A stretch of 64,000 nt of DNA. Source: an uncultured virus (IMG/VR IMGVR_UViG_3300032085_001238). Its lineage: Duplodnaviria; Heunggongvirae; Uroviricota; Caudoviricetes. The DNA lies in the IMG/VR virus record IMGVR_UViG_3300032085_001238; one strand, written 5' to 3'. The translations under genes were made by a program, and so were the position numbers. Below are positions 1 through 10,978 of this stretch, piece after piece. The notes under the pieces were generated by a model that had not been told where the DNA came from, made no database searches, and worked only from the letters and a program-made list of their open reading frames with translations. Each line of letters opens with the position of its first letter. Positions within the stretch are counted from its first letter, which is position 1.

Positions 1-253
1 CGAATCTTGTTAAGTCTAATGATACATCATCACCTAACACATTTATCAAACTTTTTAATTGGTCGGTTTGATATACACCAATTTCAGCATCTTCAAATGG
101 AAACTTATCCACTTTTACACTACCTAATAAAGATTTATCAGGAGTTACAAATGATGTTGATATTGAATCACCACTTGATTTCCATTTTACTGAATTTACA
201 TTTCCACCCAAATTGTACTTTTGAATGAATTTATCTAACTTACTTTTTTGCAT
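1..253 (-). CDS. Probable DNA sliding clamp (gp45-like), partial, runs off the window
   Basis: Not in ORF track. GGAGA RBS, then ATG at 253 reading MQKSKLDKFIQKYNLGGNVNSVKWK...; open to the window edge; lies in the replication block downstream of PolB. Confidence 0.5.
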   Translation of the reverse strand, partial: MQKSKLDKFIQKYNLGGNVNSVKWKSSGDSISTSFVTPDKSLLGSVKVDKFPFEDAEIGVYQTDQLKSLINVLGDDVSLDLTRF

Positions 254-290
254 CTTACATTTCTCCTATGTTTAAGATTTATCATTTAAT

Positions 291-327
291 AATATAATAC
301 TTTTTTACCATATAAGTCAAGCTTTAT
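291..327 (-). promoter_or_regulatory. Sigma70-like early/middle promoter
   Basis: AAAGCTTGACT-N18-TATATT on the minus strand; same motif recurs at about 3442, 11927, 16634 and 55840. Confidence 0.65.
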
Positions 328-329
328 TT

Positions 330-662
330 TTACCAAAACTTATTAGTAATTATTTCTTGACTTGATTTGTAATCTACTGTGACGTAATATCTCAATGGTA
401 CTTGTTGTTGTTGTCTTTTCGAAAATGAACCATAACCATCAGCTATTACTTCTGAAGTAGGTCTCGTATCTCGCTTCATTGAGCCAGTTACTTGAAAAGA
501 TTTAACACTACCATCGTTACACTCTAAATCAAGATAATCACCTACATTTTGTTGATTCATAACATTATAACTCCAACGAAGCTGAGATAATGTTTCAGGT
601 ATGTTTTGTACTTTATTACAATAAGTTCTTAGTTCTGTTCTTTTATTATTTAATTTAATCAT
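330..662 (-). CDS. Hypothetical protein
   Basis: 110-aa ORF with AGGAGA RBS. Confidence 0.7.
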   Translation of the reverse strand: MIKLNNKRTELRTYCNKVQNIPETLSQLRWSYNVMNQQNVGDYLDLECNDGSVKSFQVTGSMKRDTRPTSEVIADGYGSFSKRQQQQVPLRYYVTVDYKSSQEIITNKFW

Positions 663-910
663 TTATTTCTCCTATGTTTAACTTTAATTAACTTACTTAA
701 TATACGAATAAAAGTAGTTATATTCGGTTTTTTATTTTCAAATACCATATAACTTTTTTCTTCATAGTTAAAATTAAACATAAAAATCTTTGTTTACAAA
801 CATTTGATTAGAGATTGAGGTGATACATTTTTGATTAATAAAACCTAAACTATTGAAAATACTTAACTTATGTAATTTTACACTCATTTGTATTACCTCT
901 GTATCACCAT

Positions 911-3415
911 TTAAAAGAATCTTTCCAATGTATTTGCTTTATCAACAGGCATATCCCATTTCAATGCTTCGTAAAACATTCTTATTTTCTTCTCTAATGC
1001 TCTTGAGAATAACTTATCATAATCTATGTTTTCCTTAATGAAATCCATAATTTCTTTTGGGTCATCATAACCTTTAAAACCAATTTGTTTTACATTCATT
1101 GTATTTGGTTTTAAATAAATCCACTTAATCTTTTCTGACGATTTAATTTGTTCAAAGTTATTCAAATTCCAATATCTTAACAAATCATTATACACCCAAG
1201 CAGCTTTCACATGTACAGGTGTTCCCTTTTTCATAGTCGTGAATACGGCATCTTTTGGTGTTGAATCTTTGAACTTCTTTAGTTTCTTAACACCAGTTGG
1301 TAGAGCGATGTTCTGAATATCTGTAGTTTTCATCTCTTTCTTAAACTTCATTATCTTCTCATCAATCACATCTTTATCCACATCACTTAAAATATCTTTC
1401 AACACACCAGTCATCAAATCTCTCATCGCAGGTGGGAATGAACTACGAACAATATCCAATCCTTTAACATCTAACTTGTCACATTCCAAACCACCATCAT
1501 TAATAATCCATTGTCCATATCTTTTCTTAGTTACCCAAAAAGCTGACTTAGCCACACACTCTTGTTTAATATCAAATCTATGTTCATCACAATTTAGAAA
1601 CTTTTTAGCAAACAAATTATAAGATTCATTTATATAATCTTGAACAACTCTTGCTGTTTCTAATATCTTTTCCGTCATAAATTTATCATCATTTAAGTCA
1701 GCATTTGGGAAATCTTTTTTAACCAGTGGAACGGCTGAATAGAATACTGAATCTGTATCAGTATAAATACAATAATCTTCTTTATCACCAAGTTTATTGT
1801 TGTAATAACTATTAGCAATTCTTTCTGTAAATTTAATTAAGTCTTGGCCAGTAGTGGTTGTAGCTTCAGCATTATCAATATCATAGAATCTAAACACAGG
1901 TAATCCCAAAACACCGTAGAGTGAATTTAATACAATCTTTTGCACGTGTTGTCTTCTCTTAAAGTATCCGTGTTTATCATCATCACCTTCTTCACCATAT
2001 TTCTTCATCAATCTTTTAAATTCAACTCTTTCATCAAACCACTTGGATAACAAAGATGGAATCAAACCTTTTTTATCATTACGATACAAAATACCATTAG
2101 AAGATATAGATACTTTGTTTTTATCAAACATTTGTTTTAATTCTTCGTTATTCATATGCCCTTGTTCTTTACCATTCTTCTCAAGTGAATAAGTTTTACT
2201 TACACCCTTGATAAACTCCTCAGCATTCCAACCATTCACTTTACCAATCTTCATCTCAGGTGAAATATTCAAAGTCATAATCGTTGAAGGATACATAGAA
2301 GTTAAATCCAAATCAAACACCCAATTGTATTTACCTGCTTTAGGTTCTTTAACATAAGCGCCTGTGAATTTATCATCACCACTACGATTCATTTTCTCTC
2401 GTGCATCTAAATCTTTATTTGGAGCAACCACTTCAATGTTTTTAAGATAAACTAAAATAGCACCCTCTAAATATCTACTTGAATGATATACATCTTCGTA
2501 TGGAACTCTACCCACATGACATATACCACGAGCCAAATCAATAAACTTTAACTTATCATCAAGTTTCTTAACGATAATAACATCGTTTAAATTGTATTCA
2601 ATGTACTTATCAATATCTGTTTCGTATAAATCTTGTAGTGTTCCCTCAAATTCTATCTTACCAAGATTAACCTCAAGTTGTCCGATATAATCTAATCTAT
2701 ATGAAGATTGTTGTGTATAAGTAAATAATCTGTATAAATGTAAATAATCTAAACAAGAAACACCAGCTATTTTATATTTACGTTTATGTTCTGAATAAAA
2801 CACCTCACCGATTGGTGAAAGGGAATTGGCAAATTGTTGTCCTAAAACTCTAACAGTTCTATTATATAAATAAGGAATATCAAATCCATCAATGTTCCAA
2901 CCACTTAGAATTGTTGGATTGATTTCAAGATATTTTTGATAGAATCTTTGTAATAATTCTTCTTCTGATTTGAATGATTCTACAACATCTGTATTTGGAA
3001 CATCACCTAAAACAAAACAAGAATACTTATCCATTGTTTTGTCATATAGAGCAATAGCTGTAATCTTGTTCTCAGCTCGTTGTGGGTCTGGAAAACCATC
3101 CGTTACCTCACACTCAATATCAAAATAAACTTCACGATGCCCTACCGATGGTTCTTCTGATTCAGTATACATATCAACCAATGTTCTGGTTTCAATCGGT
3201 ACATCTGACTCAAACACTCTACCATTCTGTAAATCATCACCAGTCCAAAAGTTTACTTTCTTTAACTTATCACCATACAAGGAACGATATGTTCCACTTT
3301 GTGATTTTAGATAAGCGTATGGTTTGTACTGAAACTTTTGATAACCTGTTTTATCATCCCAAAGATGAATTTCATTAGAAGTTTTAGTTCTTTTAACATA
3401 AATATTTTGATACAA
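911..3415 (-). CDS. Family B DNA polymerase (gp43-like)
   Basis: Exo motif DIE; polymerase motifs DLTSMYPS, KIVLNSLYG, YTDTDS. Confidence 0.97.
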   Translation of the reverse strand: MYQNIYVKRTKTSNEIHLWDDKTGYQKFQYKPYAYLKSQSGTYRSLYGDKLKKVNFWTGDDLQNGRVFESDVPIETRTLVDMYTESEEPSVGHREVYFDIECEVTDGFPDPQRAENKITAIALYDKTMDKYSCFVLGDVPNTDVVESFKSEEELLQRFYQKYLEINPTILSGWNIDGFDIPYLYNRTVRVLGQQFANSLSPIGEVFYSEHKRKYKIAGVSCLDYLHLYRLFTYTQQSSYRLDYIGQLEVNLGKIEFEGTLQDLYETDIDKYIEYNLNDVIIVKKLDDKLKFIDLARGICHVGRVPYEDVYHSSRYLEGAILVYLKNIEVVAPNKDLDAREKMNRSGDDKFTGAYVKEPKAGKYNWVFDLDLTSMYPSTIMTLNISPEMKIGKVNGWNAEEFIKGVSKTYSLEKNGKEQGHMNNEELKQMFDKNKVSISSNGILYRNDKKGLIPSLLSKWFDERVEFKRLMKKYGEEGDDDKHGYFKRRQHVQKIVLNSLYGVLGLPVFRFYDIDNAEATTTTGQDLIKFTERIANSYYNNKLGDKEDYCIYTDTDSVFYSAVPLVKKDFPNADLNDDKFMTEKILETARVVQDYINESYNLFAKKFLNCDEHRFDIKQECVAKSAFWVTKKRYGQWIINDGGLECDKLDVKGLDIVRSSFPPAMRDLMTGVLKDILSDVDKDVIDEKIMKFKKEMKTTDIQNIALPTGVKKLKKFKDSTPKDAVFTTMKKGTPVHVKAAWVYNDLLRYWNLNNFEQIKSSEKIKWIYLKPNTMNVKQIGFKGYDDPKEIMDFIKENIDYDKLFSRALEKKIRMFYEALKWDMPVDKANTLERFF

Positions 3416-3441
3416 TTAATACCTCTTTTTATCTGTAACAT

Positions 3442-3476
3442 AATATACAACATTTTGCGCATGTAAGTCAAGCTTT
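3442..3476 (-). promoter_or_regulatory. Sigma70-like promoter upstream of PolB
   Basis: AAAGCTTGACT-N18-TATATT. Confidence 0.65.
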
Positions 3477-3930
3477 ATTTTAAAATTTTTGGATTTTGTT
3501 TTATGGTTTGTTTTGTAATTTTATCTTTAAGTTTAGTTGTAGACCAACCATGAGAACGAGTTGTGTAGACAATCTTTGGTGGTAAGTCATCACCTGTGAA
3601 TGGAATAGCTTTACCATCTGTACCTTCTCTTATGTAATCCTCCCCTAATATTCTTATATCAGGTTTCCAAAACTTTATTAAGTGATATAATTCTTCTTCG
3701 GTTTGATATGTATAAACATCATCAATATATTTAATAGATATTAATGCTTCATATCTATCCCATAATGGAATTACAGGTTTATACTTACTACTTCTATGTA
3801 AGGATGGGTCATCTTGTAAAAATATAATAAACTTATCACAATGTCGTTTAGCCTCTCTAAAACATTTTATATAACCAGGATGTAATAAATCAAAGTTACC
3901 TGCAGTAAAACCTAATATTTCTTTTTTCAT
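3475..3930 (-). CDS. Cytidylyltransferase (TagD/RfaE-like HxGH family)
   Basis: GNFDLLHPGY, LGEDY and WSTT motifs. Confidence 0.85.
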   Translation of the reverse strand: MKKEILGFTAGNFDLLHPGYIKCFREAKRHCDKFIIFLQDDPSLHRSSKYKPVIPLWDRYEALISIKYIDDVYTYQTEEELYHLIKFWKPDIRILGEDYIREGTDGKAIPFTGDDLPPKIVYTTRSHGWSTTKLKDKITKQTIKQNPKILK

Positions 3931-4317
3931 TTATCCTCCAAATACTTTTTTCTTACCACCATCATATTCATAAGCATGTCCGTTTTCTTTCAGTAATTCA
4001 TTTACAGATTTTTCATTACCTTTAACGAACAGTTCGCCGAGAACTCGTCCATATTTCCCAACACCGTGAGATTTTAATAAGAACTTGCCCTCGTCCGAAT
4101 TTTCTAATAAATCTTTTACATAAGCTTTTGCAGCTAAACCTTTTTCTTTTTCTTCAAGATTACGAGTTCTTGATTCCCAAGCATCTACACCCATAAACCT
4201 AATTCTATTTTTTACCCATACATTAAAACCTAAGTCTATCATAGCATCTGCTGTATCACCATCTACGACTCTTACAAGTTTTGCTGAATAAATATGTTTG
4301 TCCATTTTCTTTGCCAT
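3931..4317 (-). CDS. Thermonuclease (SNase family)
   Basis: RVVDGDT, IRFMGVDAWE, GKYGRVLG. Confidence 0.9.
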   Translation of the reverse strand: MAKKMDKHIYSAKLVRVVDGDTADAMIDLGFNVWVKNRIRFMGVDAWESRTRNLEEKEKGLAAKAYVKDLLENSDEGKFLLKSHGVGKYGRVLGELFVKGNEKSVNELLKENGHAYEYDGGKKKVFGG

Positions 4318-4327
4318 TTCATCTCTC

Positions 4328-4771
4328 CTATATAAAAATACTTAATACAATTAAACCTAAACCAATACCAGCCACAGCCCAATCGAATGCATTTGAACGA
4401 GGTATTTCAATACCCATCATTTTCCACGGCCCTTTTATAACAAATGGGTCGTCTGTTACTACATAATTCAATGCTCTTTCATAGACGAAATATCCTATCA
4501 TCCAAGAACCTAAAAATGTAAGTGATAGACTCCAAAAAGATGTGAATAAGAATGCTGAAAATATACTTCCAACCATTCCAATGTTCTCACCTAATCTCCA
4601 AGCGTGATAATCTAAATAACCAACACCATCTCTTTTACCTTTTGTTATTGAACCGAAGATTAATTTATTTTCTTTTCTTCGTTTTGCTTTTGCCCAAGTG
4701 TATCCTTCTGTACATCCTTCACTTAACCAATAAGTAACCATTGTTATTGTAAATAGTAATTGTCCTATCAT
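4328..4771 (-). CDS. Membrane protein, unknown function
   Basis: Several hydrophobic segments; GGAG RBS. Confidence 0.65.
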   Translation of the reverse strand: MIGQLLFTITMVTYWLSEGCTEGYTWAKAKRRKENKLIFGSITKGKRDGVGYLDYHAWRLGENIGMVGSIFSAFLFTSFWSLSLTFLGSWMIGYFVYERALNYVVTDDPFVIKGPWKMMGIEIPRSNAFDWAVAGIGLGLIVLSIFI

Positions 4772-4787
4772 TTTACTTCTCCCGTTG

Positions 4788-6644
4788 TTAAACTATTTCA
4801 CAAACACCACCAGCACAAGCAACTTCACCTTTTAAATCTGTATTGTCTTGTTCTTCAGTAATTCGTGCTAAGTTGATGTTCTTTAATGTTTCTACCATTT
4901 TATCGTAAGTTGCTTCTTCACAATCTTCAAATGGCGCTTGTTTATATGTTCCACCATTATAAGGTAGAATACTTAAACCATTATACGCTTCTTTATTTTT
5001 CCACATCCATTGTCCTATGTCTTCCCACTCGTGTTCTTTAACTGATATTGTAGCGGATACATTATGTGTATTCATTCCACTACGATGTCCTTTCTTGACA
5101 TAATTCTCACTAATGAATTTTACTCTTTCCAATAATTGAAATGCTGACTCAGTTCTCATTGTTGCCCCATCAGGAGCTTTCTGTGGAACTGATATAACAG
5201 CAGTATCGTGTGGTCTAAAGTATTCATCTTCGACTAAATCAGGATGGTTTCTTAACAAATAATCATATATAGCCTCATTCTTACCAACTCTAATTCTTCT
5301 AATGTAATAATCATTGTGCCATGCGTGAATACCACTTGATGTTCCCAATGTTAATGATGTTGTACCTGCTGGTTTAACAGTTGTACATCTAGCTGCTGGA
5401 TTGACTCCGATTAATTCTGCTACTCTTTTGTTTTCTTCTTTCACCACATTTGCAGCTTCTGTTACATCCAAGTCATCTAATTTGTTAGAAGCAATACCAG
5501 TCATTGATACTCCGATTAGAGCATCTTTCTCTGTTGTTCTTTGCCATATTGGTCTTAAATAATGAAAGTCTACATATCCAGCTTGTAGTGTTCCAATGAA
5601 TGCTCCAGCTTTTACTCTTTCATTCAAGTCTTCTTGTGATTCCACATTTGATACATTCACTTCTGTTAAATTACAAAACTGATATGGTCTTAGTGCAATT
5701 TCACAACAAGGATTAGTTCCCCAATCTTTGTCATTGGTTAAATAAATACCTGGCTCCCCACTACCACTAGCTTTAATCTTCTCCCATAATTCAAAGAAAA
5801 ACTCTTCTGTGATTTTAGAACGAACCAAAGCAGCTGAATTGTTTGCTCTTCCCCGTTGAGGATTTGTTTCCCACCAATTCCCATACTTGGATGAAATCAT
5901 TGAATCATCATCTGCAGAGAATAATGAAATCAGAGCAGCTCTTCTTATCCCACCAGCCAAAACTGCGTCAGCTATGTGACATACAATGTCGTGAACTTCT
6001 AATGTGGTTAACTTATCACCATTATCTTTTGTTTCCAATATACCATTTATCTTAACCAAACATTCTCTTAATGGTTGAGGACCAGGTGCTTTACCACCAC
6101 TTGTAACTAACTCAGCACCTTTTGCTCTTATGTCTGAAAAGTCAAAATTTATATGTGAACCACCATAAAAATAAGATTTAATCAATACCTTAATAGCATC
6201 AGCCCAACCTTCAATTGAATCACTAATTAAATATCTTCTATTTCTTTTAAAGTTTGGTAAATGTATTTCAGGTAATTGTTCCACATGATGTTGTTGAACT
6301 GAATAACCCACACCAGTTCCACCTAATAATAAAAACATTACTTCCGAAAATGATTGCCAATTATCTATTGGAAGATAAGCACAATTATAAACTCTATTGG
6401 GTGAAATTTCGATTGGTTTACCAGCAAACTGCATACTCCTCATTGATGGTAATACTTTTTTATCCAATACCATTTTATAAGCTTTATCTATTTCTGATTT
6501 TAATTCTGGATATTTCTTGATGTGCATTTTTTTATTTCGTTCCACCAATTCTTTCCAAGTTTCTCTTCTTTTCTTTTCAGGTATGTACCTTGCGTATTTC
6601 ATATAAACAGTAATGTCCGACAATATTTTTGTTGAAATATCCAT
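4788..6644 (-). CDS. nrdJ: Class II (B12-dependent) ribonucleotide reductase
   Basis: TNPCCEI active site, TTVKPAGT, C-terminal CAGGVC; no adjacent beta-subunit gene. Confidence 0.9.
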   Translation of the reverse strand: MDISTKILSDITVYMKYARYIPEKKRRETWKELVERNKKMHIKKYPELKSEIDKAYKMVLDKKVLPSMRSMQFAGKPIEISPNRVYNCAYLPIDNWQSFSEVMFLLLGGTGVGYSVQQHHVEQLPEIHLPNFKRNRRYLISDSIEGWADAIKVLIKSYFYGGSHINFDFSDIRAKGAELVTSGGKAPGPQPLRECLVKINGILETKDNGDKLTTLEVHDIVCHIADAVLAGGIRRAALISLFSADDDSMISSKYGNWWETNPQRGRANNSAALVRSKITEEFFFELWEKIKASGSGEPGIYLTNDKDWGTNPCCEIALRPYQFCNLTEVNVSNVESQEDLNERVKAGAFIGTLQAGYVDFHYLRPIWQRTTEKDALIGVSMTGIASNKLDDLDVTEAANVVKEENKRVAELIGVNPAARCTTVKPAGTTSLTLGTSSGIHAWHNDYYIRRIRVGKNEAIYDYLLRNHPDLVEDEYFRPHDTAVISVPQKAPDGATMRTESAFQLLERVKFISENYVKKGHRSGMNTHNVSATISVKEHEWEDIGQWMWKNKEAYNGLSILPYNGGTYKQAPFEDCEEATYDKMVETLKNINLARITEEQDNTDLKGEVACAGGVCEIV

Positions 6645-6737
6645 TTCTTCTATCCCCTCTAATTTTGTGATTTAAATTATAACCTTTTGGTTAGGTATTT
6701 ATAAATATCACTTTAATAATTTCTTCTTAACTTTTTC

Positions 6738-6860
6738 TTATATTTCCCAATAATCATCTGAAATAATTATATGTGTTGGGTATATATCCCACTCTTCAAA
6801 GTGTTCTTCTTTCTCTTCTTTCTTGGTTCTGAATCCTACTGATTTTTTATTTTTTGACAT
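6738..6860 (-). CDS. Small hypothetical protein (40 aa)
   Basis: Below ORF-track cutoff; MSKNKKSVGFRTKKEEKEEHFEEWDIYPTHIIISDDYWEI; fills an intergenic gap. Confidence 0.45.
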   Translation of the reverse strand: MSKNKKSVGFRTKKEEKEEHFEEWDIYPTHIIISDDYWEI

Positions 6861-6882
6861 TTTTTATTCTCTCATTATTTTT

Positions 6883-7185
6883 TTAAAGTCTATTTGGATA
6901 TGTTTCATTTATTTTTTCTAACAATTGTTTTTTATTATCATAAGAACTATGTAACACGCCAAATTCATTACAATAATCATTAAGTTGTTTTCTTGTCCAT
7001 TTCATTGATGGTTTTGGTGTTGGAAGTGGACTTATCCAAGCTTCATTTACATCTTCGGTTGTTGGGTCATCACCAATGTATCTACCATTCTCATCTCTAG
7101 CTCTTACCAATTCATCATTTGAATTTAGCCTCTCGCCAGTTATAAACTCCACCATATCATTTATTACTTCTATGAATTTATTCAT
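6883..7185 (-). CDS. Hypothetical protein
   Basis: RARDENGRYIGDDP motif plus short C-terminal helical domain. Confidence 0.7.
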   Translation of the reverse strand: MNKFIEVINDMVEFITGERLNSNDELVRARDENGRYIGDDPTTEDVNEAWISPLPTPKPSMKWTRKQLNDYCNEFGVLHSSYDNKKQLLEKINETYPNRL

Positions 7186-7450
7186 AATTATTCACCTCTA
7201 TTATCTTTCCCAAATCAAATGCGTATGATTTGACACCTTTGTAATCAACTGTATTTCTATCCAATACTTCTACCAACATTGTTGGTGGATTTTTTGAATA
7301 AGCTAATTGAAACTTTATGTGTGTGTAATGTTTTTCATCTATTCTTTTTTTCCAATATTCTGTAAAGTCTCTATATTCAGTAGTTTTAGTTCCTTCATAT
7401 ATTCTTTCAAAATATTTTCTCTTCAATACCAAATGTAATACTTTATTCAT
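7178..7450 (-). CDS. ASCH/PUA-like domain protein
   Basis: LHLVLKRKYFERIYEGTKTTEYR (GxKxxExR motif). Confidence 0.8.
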   Translation of the reverse strand: MNKVLHLVLKRKYFERIYEGTKTTEYRDFTEYWKKRIDEKHYTHIKFQLAYSKNPPTMLVEVLDRNTVDYKGVKSYAFDLGKIIEVNNYE

Positions 7451-8798
7451 CTGCCATCAAATCCTCATATCTATTGGATAACATTTTTTTCATCAAGTTA
7501 TCCCTATTATCTATTTTACCTTGTTGTTCTTTACCACCCACAGAATTACCCTCAAAGATTTCCATCTTACCAGTGTTGGTGTTTACCTTTGCTGGGAATG
7601 TTATACCATCAGGACCAAATCTGTTTTTGATAACGTGGAATCTACCTGTATTACCAATCTTATCTTCTACTTTTCTACTTAATGACATCACAAAATCTGC
7701 TGTCATAATCTTTTGATATGATTCTGAAACCTTAGTAGCCTCAATCACATCTTCATCCAAAGCACTTCTATTAGCCTGTGAAGCAGTCCATATTGGAATC
7801 TGAAACTCACCAGCCAATCCTCTTAAATCTTCATATATGTTTCCAAGTGCGTGTCTTACTTCTCTTGCACCACCTGTATCTTTTAAGATGTCAGCATAAT
7901 CAACTACAACCATATCTACTTTTGTTCCTAATGTAGTCAATCTTTTTAAATGAGCCGATAAGGTATTTACACTAGCTGATTTAGTTGGATAATACTTAAT
8001 AACCAAATCACCTTTTAATTTATCCATTTCACTTTGAACATCATCTTTATGATATTTAAGATTTTGATTTGCAATACCTGTAAAGATACTATCATATCTC
8101 AAACCCACATAAGCCTCATTTAACTCTAATGAATAGTGAACTATATGTCTTCCTTTTTTCATTGAGTTAGCACCAATTGCAGCCAACACCCAAGTCTTAC
8201 CAACACCAGCAGGAGCAACAATCACACCAAGTTCTCCACCACCTAAACCACCTTGAGTTAAATCATCTATGACATCCCAACCCGTTGGAACTGTTGTTCT
8301 GGCAGTTTCTGAATATCTATCTTCTATATGTTCAATGTATTCGTGTCCGATGTTTCGTTCAGTTCCTGCATTTAATGCGTCATCAACTAATCTTTTAATT
8401 TGTTCAAAGTCACCTTTGGATTCCATTATTTCAACCGATTCAACAATAGCATTTTTTAATGTTTGATTCTTAAAAAAGTCTAATGCCTTATCTTCAATGA
8501 AATCTAAATCAGGTGATTCCAAGTGTCTAAACACTTCTTTTAAATTTTCAACAATGGATAACTTCAATACATCATTTTCTACTTCACTCGTTTTTACTTT
8601 AAATACATCAAGTGTAATACACTTTCTATATTCATCATAATATTTTTTACATTCCTTTACAACCCATTTCAAACTATCACTATCGTAATGTTTCTCATCC
8701 AATATATCGTGTATCTGTTCAAGAAATGATTGATTCTTCATCAAACTAGCAACCGATTTAATTTGAAATGTATGTCCAAAATCTGTTAATTTATCCAT
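7443..8798 (-). CDS. Replicative DnaB-like helicase (gp41-like)
   Basis: APAGVGKT Walker A, SLE, VVVDYAD, TASQANR, KNRFG. Confidence 0.95.
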   Translation of the reverse strand: MDKLTDFGHTFQIKSVASLMKNQSFLEQIHDILDEKHYDSDSLKWVVKECKKYYDEYRKCITLDVFKVKTSEVENDVLKLSIVENLKEVFRHLESPDLDFIEDKALDFFKNQTLKNAIVESVEIMESKGDFEQIKRLVDDALNAGTERNIGHEYIEHIEDRYSETARTTVPTGWDVIDDLTQGGLGGGELGVIVAPAGVGKTWVLAAIGANSMKKGRHIVHYSLELNEAYVGLRYDSIFTGIANQNLKYHKDDVQSEMDKLKGDLVIKYYPTKSASVNTLSAHLKRLTTLGTKVDMVVVDYADILKDTGGAREVRHALGNIYEDLRGLAGEFQIPIWTASQANRSALDEDVIEATKVSESYQKIMTADFVMSLSRKVEDKIGNTGRFHVIKNRFGPDGITFPAKVNTNTGKMEIFEGNSVGGKEQQGKIDNRDNLMKKMLSNRYEDLMADE

Positions 8799-9855
8799 TC
8801 AATCCCCTAAACCTATCTAACCTTACAAACTCCATAATCCAATTATCAAAATTCTTTATGTTTGATTGTAATTTATCCTTTATAAACATTGTTTGAAATT
8901 TATACTTAATCAATTGTGGAACATCACCATTAACAGCACCTTGTATTTTCATCTTCGTATGGTTTGGTATGTCTACATTGTTTAATTGCATTAGTAAATA
9001 ATTTCGTTTTAACAAGTTACTACTTTTTTTTATATTTTCCAAGACTTTTATTTTTTTATCTGAATTATTTACAAAATTTATTAAATCCATCGCTGTAAAA
9101 TCTTCATCTTCTGTAATTTGTGGAATGTATTTTATTATGGTTTTTAATCCAGCTCCCATAACTCCATTGATATTATCTGATTTATCTCCATCTACAATTC
9201 TATATGTTAACATATTTCTTGATGGTAAACCAAACTCTTCCAATACTGCTTGTTTATTATATAATTTTTTCTTCGTAGGACTCCACACTTTCACTCTATC
9301 ATCTACTAATTGAATAAAGTCTTTATCCGTTGACATCAATATACAATCACTCTTTGGAAGTAATTGTTGTGAGATATAAGCCATTGTATCATCAGCTTCA
9401 ATCCCATCAACTGAAACAAGGGTTAAAGGTAATTGTTCTAAATATTCAACCAACCTACCCATTTGTTGTTTCATTGATTGTTGTTCATCAGCTGGTGCTG
9501 TTCCCCAATCAACATTTCTATTTAATCTTCGTTTAACTTTACGAGTACCTTTGTATTCTGGATAGATTTTTTGTCTTCTTTTACTTCCACCTTTTCCGTC
9601 AAATACAATAATACATCTTGATGGTTTCAATATATCACAACTATATCGAACTGATTTCATAAACCCAACCATACCACCAATATGTAATCCGTCTTCGTTT
9701 AACGCAGGATTAACTGCAAACGACCTGATAAATGTGTTCAGGCCGTCTACAATCAATACTCTGTCGTTCAGATGATTTACAGCTTTGTGTGTATCATCTT
9801 TTGTTTGGTCTAAAAAAGATAAATATTTTTCATTTAAGTCTTTTTTAGAGTTCAT
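8791..9855 (-). CDS. 5'-3' exonuclease / T4 RNase H-like
   Basis: IVDGLN, YPEYK, EADD, STDKD, GDKSDNINGV. Confidence 0.93.
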   Translation of the reverse strand: MNSKKDLNEKYLSFLDQTKDDTHKAVNHLNDRVLIVDGLNTFIRSFAVNPALNEDGLHIGGMVGFMKSVRYSCDILKPSRCIIVFDGKGGSKRRQKIYPEYKGTRKVKRRLNRNVDWGTAPADEQQSMKQQMGRLVEYLEQLPLTLVSVDGIEADDTMAYISQQLLPKSDCILMSTDKDFIQLVDDRVKVWSPTKKKLYNKQAVLEEFGLPSRNMLTYRIVDGDKSDNINGVMGAGLKTIIKYIPQITEDEDFTAMDLINFVNNSDKKIKVLENIKKSSNLLKRNYLLMQLNNVDIPNHTKMKIQGAVNGDVPQLIKYKFQTMFIKDKLQSNIKNFDNWIMEFVRLDRFRGLNG

Positions 9856-10963
9856 CCACAGACTCCTCAGTTTCTACTACATCATCGATACCAAGTTCTT
9901 TAGAATCATATTTTAAAATACAAGCATTACAGATTAATCCGTAACAATAATCTTTTAATTCTGAATTTTCTAACATAAGTTTTTCAAAATCTTTAGATAA
10001 GAACTTGTATTCTTTAATTAATTCACCAGTTTCAAGGTCACAATGTTGTAATGTATACCAAGCACCACCAACTTTTAAAAGTTTGTGTTCTTTCATTACT
10101 GTTAACCAACTACCAAAGTCATCAATACCTTTATCAAAGTAAAGTGGAAACTCTACAGTCCTCATTGGAGGTCCGAGACGATTCTTAATCACTTGTCCTT
10201 TGATTTTAATACCAATGGTGGTTTTGTTACCATCTTTGATTTGTCCAGCATTCTTGAATCTAACACGAGTTGATGAATGGAATGGAAGAGCCTTACCACC
10301 ACTTGTAGTCCAGGGGTCTCCAAACATTACACCAAGTTTTTGTCGTAATTGATTTGTGAAAACCAATGCAACTTTTTGTCGTGCTATCATCTGTGTTACT
10401 TTTCTCATAGCTTTTGATATGATGATTGCTTTGGCTGTTGCCCAACCATCTTTATCAAAGTCAGCATCCATTTCTTGTTTAGTAGAAGCAGCTGCTAATG
10501 AATCAACCAAGATTGTAACTAACTTATCCTTGTTTGATTCTCTGATTTTAGTAACAATTGTTTCAATAGTATCAAATATTTCTTCACAAGTTTCAAGATG
10601 TACATATAACATTTTAGTAGTATCCACACCAATAGCTCTCAAGTATTCTTGAGATACTGCTGATTCTGTATCAATGTAAACTGCTATACCATCTTGTTTT
10701 TGTGTTGAAGCCAATAGATGAGAACCTATTAGAGATTTACCACTACCCTCTAAACCATTTAATTCAGTAATCTTACCTACGGCAACACCACCATTTGGTC
10801 TATTAGCAATTGCTAAATCTAACATAGTTGAACCAGTTGAAATCCAACCCGTTACATCTGTAGGATTACCACCTTCTTCAAGAAAGTAAGCAACCTTTTG
10901 ATGTTTGAATTGTTTATTTAGTTCATCGGCAATTATCCCAGCCAATTCGTCTTTTTCTGACAT
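9845..10963 (-). CDS. uvsX: RecA/UvsX recombinase
   Basis: GLEGSGKS, YIDTE, VDSLAA, NQLRQK, SGGKALPF. Confidence 0.95.
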   Translation of the reverse strand: MSEKDELAGIIADELNKQFKHQKVAYFLEEGGNPTDVTGWISTGSTMLDLAIANRPNGGVAVGKITELNGLEGSGKSLIGSHLLASTQKQDGIAVYIDTESAVSQEYLRAIGVDTTKMLYVHLETCEEIFDTIETIVTKIRESNKDKLVTILVDSLAAASTKQEMDADFDKDGWATAKAIIISKAMRKVTQMIARQKVALVFTNQLRQKLGVMFGDPWTTSGGKALPFHSSTRVRFKNAGQIKDGNKTTIGIKIKGQVIKNRLGPPMRTVEFPLYFDKGIDDFGSWLTVMKEHKLLKVGGAWYTLQHCDLETGELIKEYKFLSKDFEKLMLENSELKDYCYGLICNACILKYDSKELGIDDVVETEESVDEL

Positions 10964-10978
10964 ATTGTTCTCCTATTA

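Noticed and set aside
774..887. 37-aa ORF with a GAGG RBS after PolB, possibly a frameshifted remnant
   Set aside because: Too short and featureless to support without homologs.
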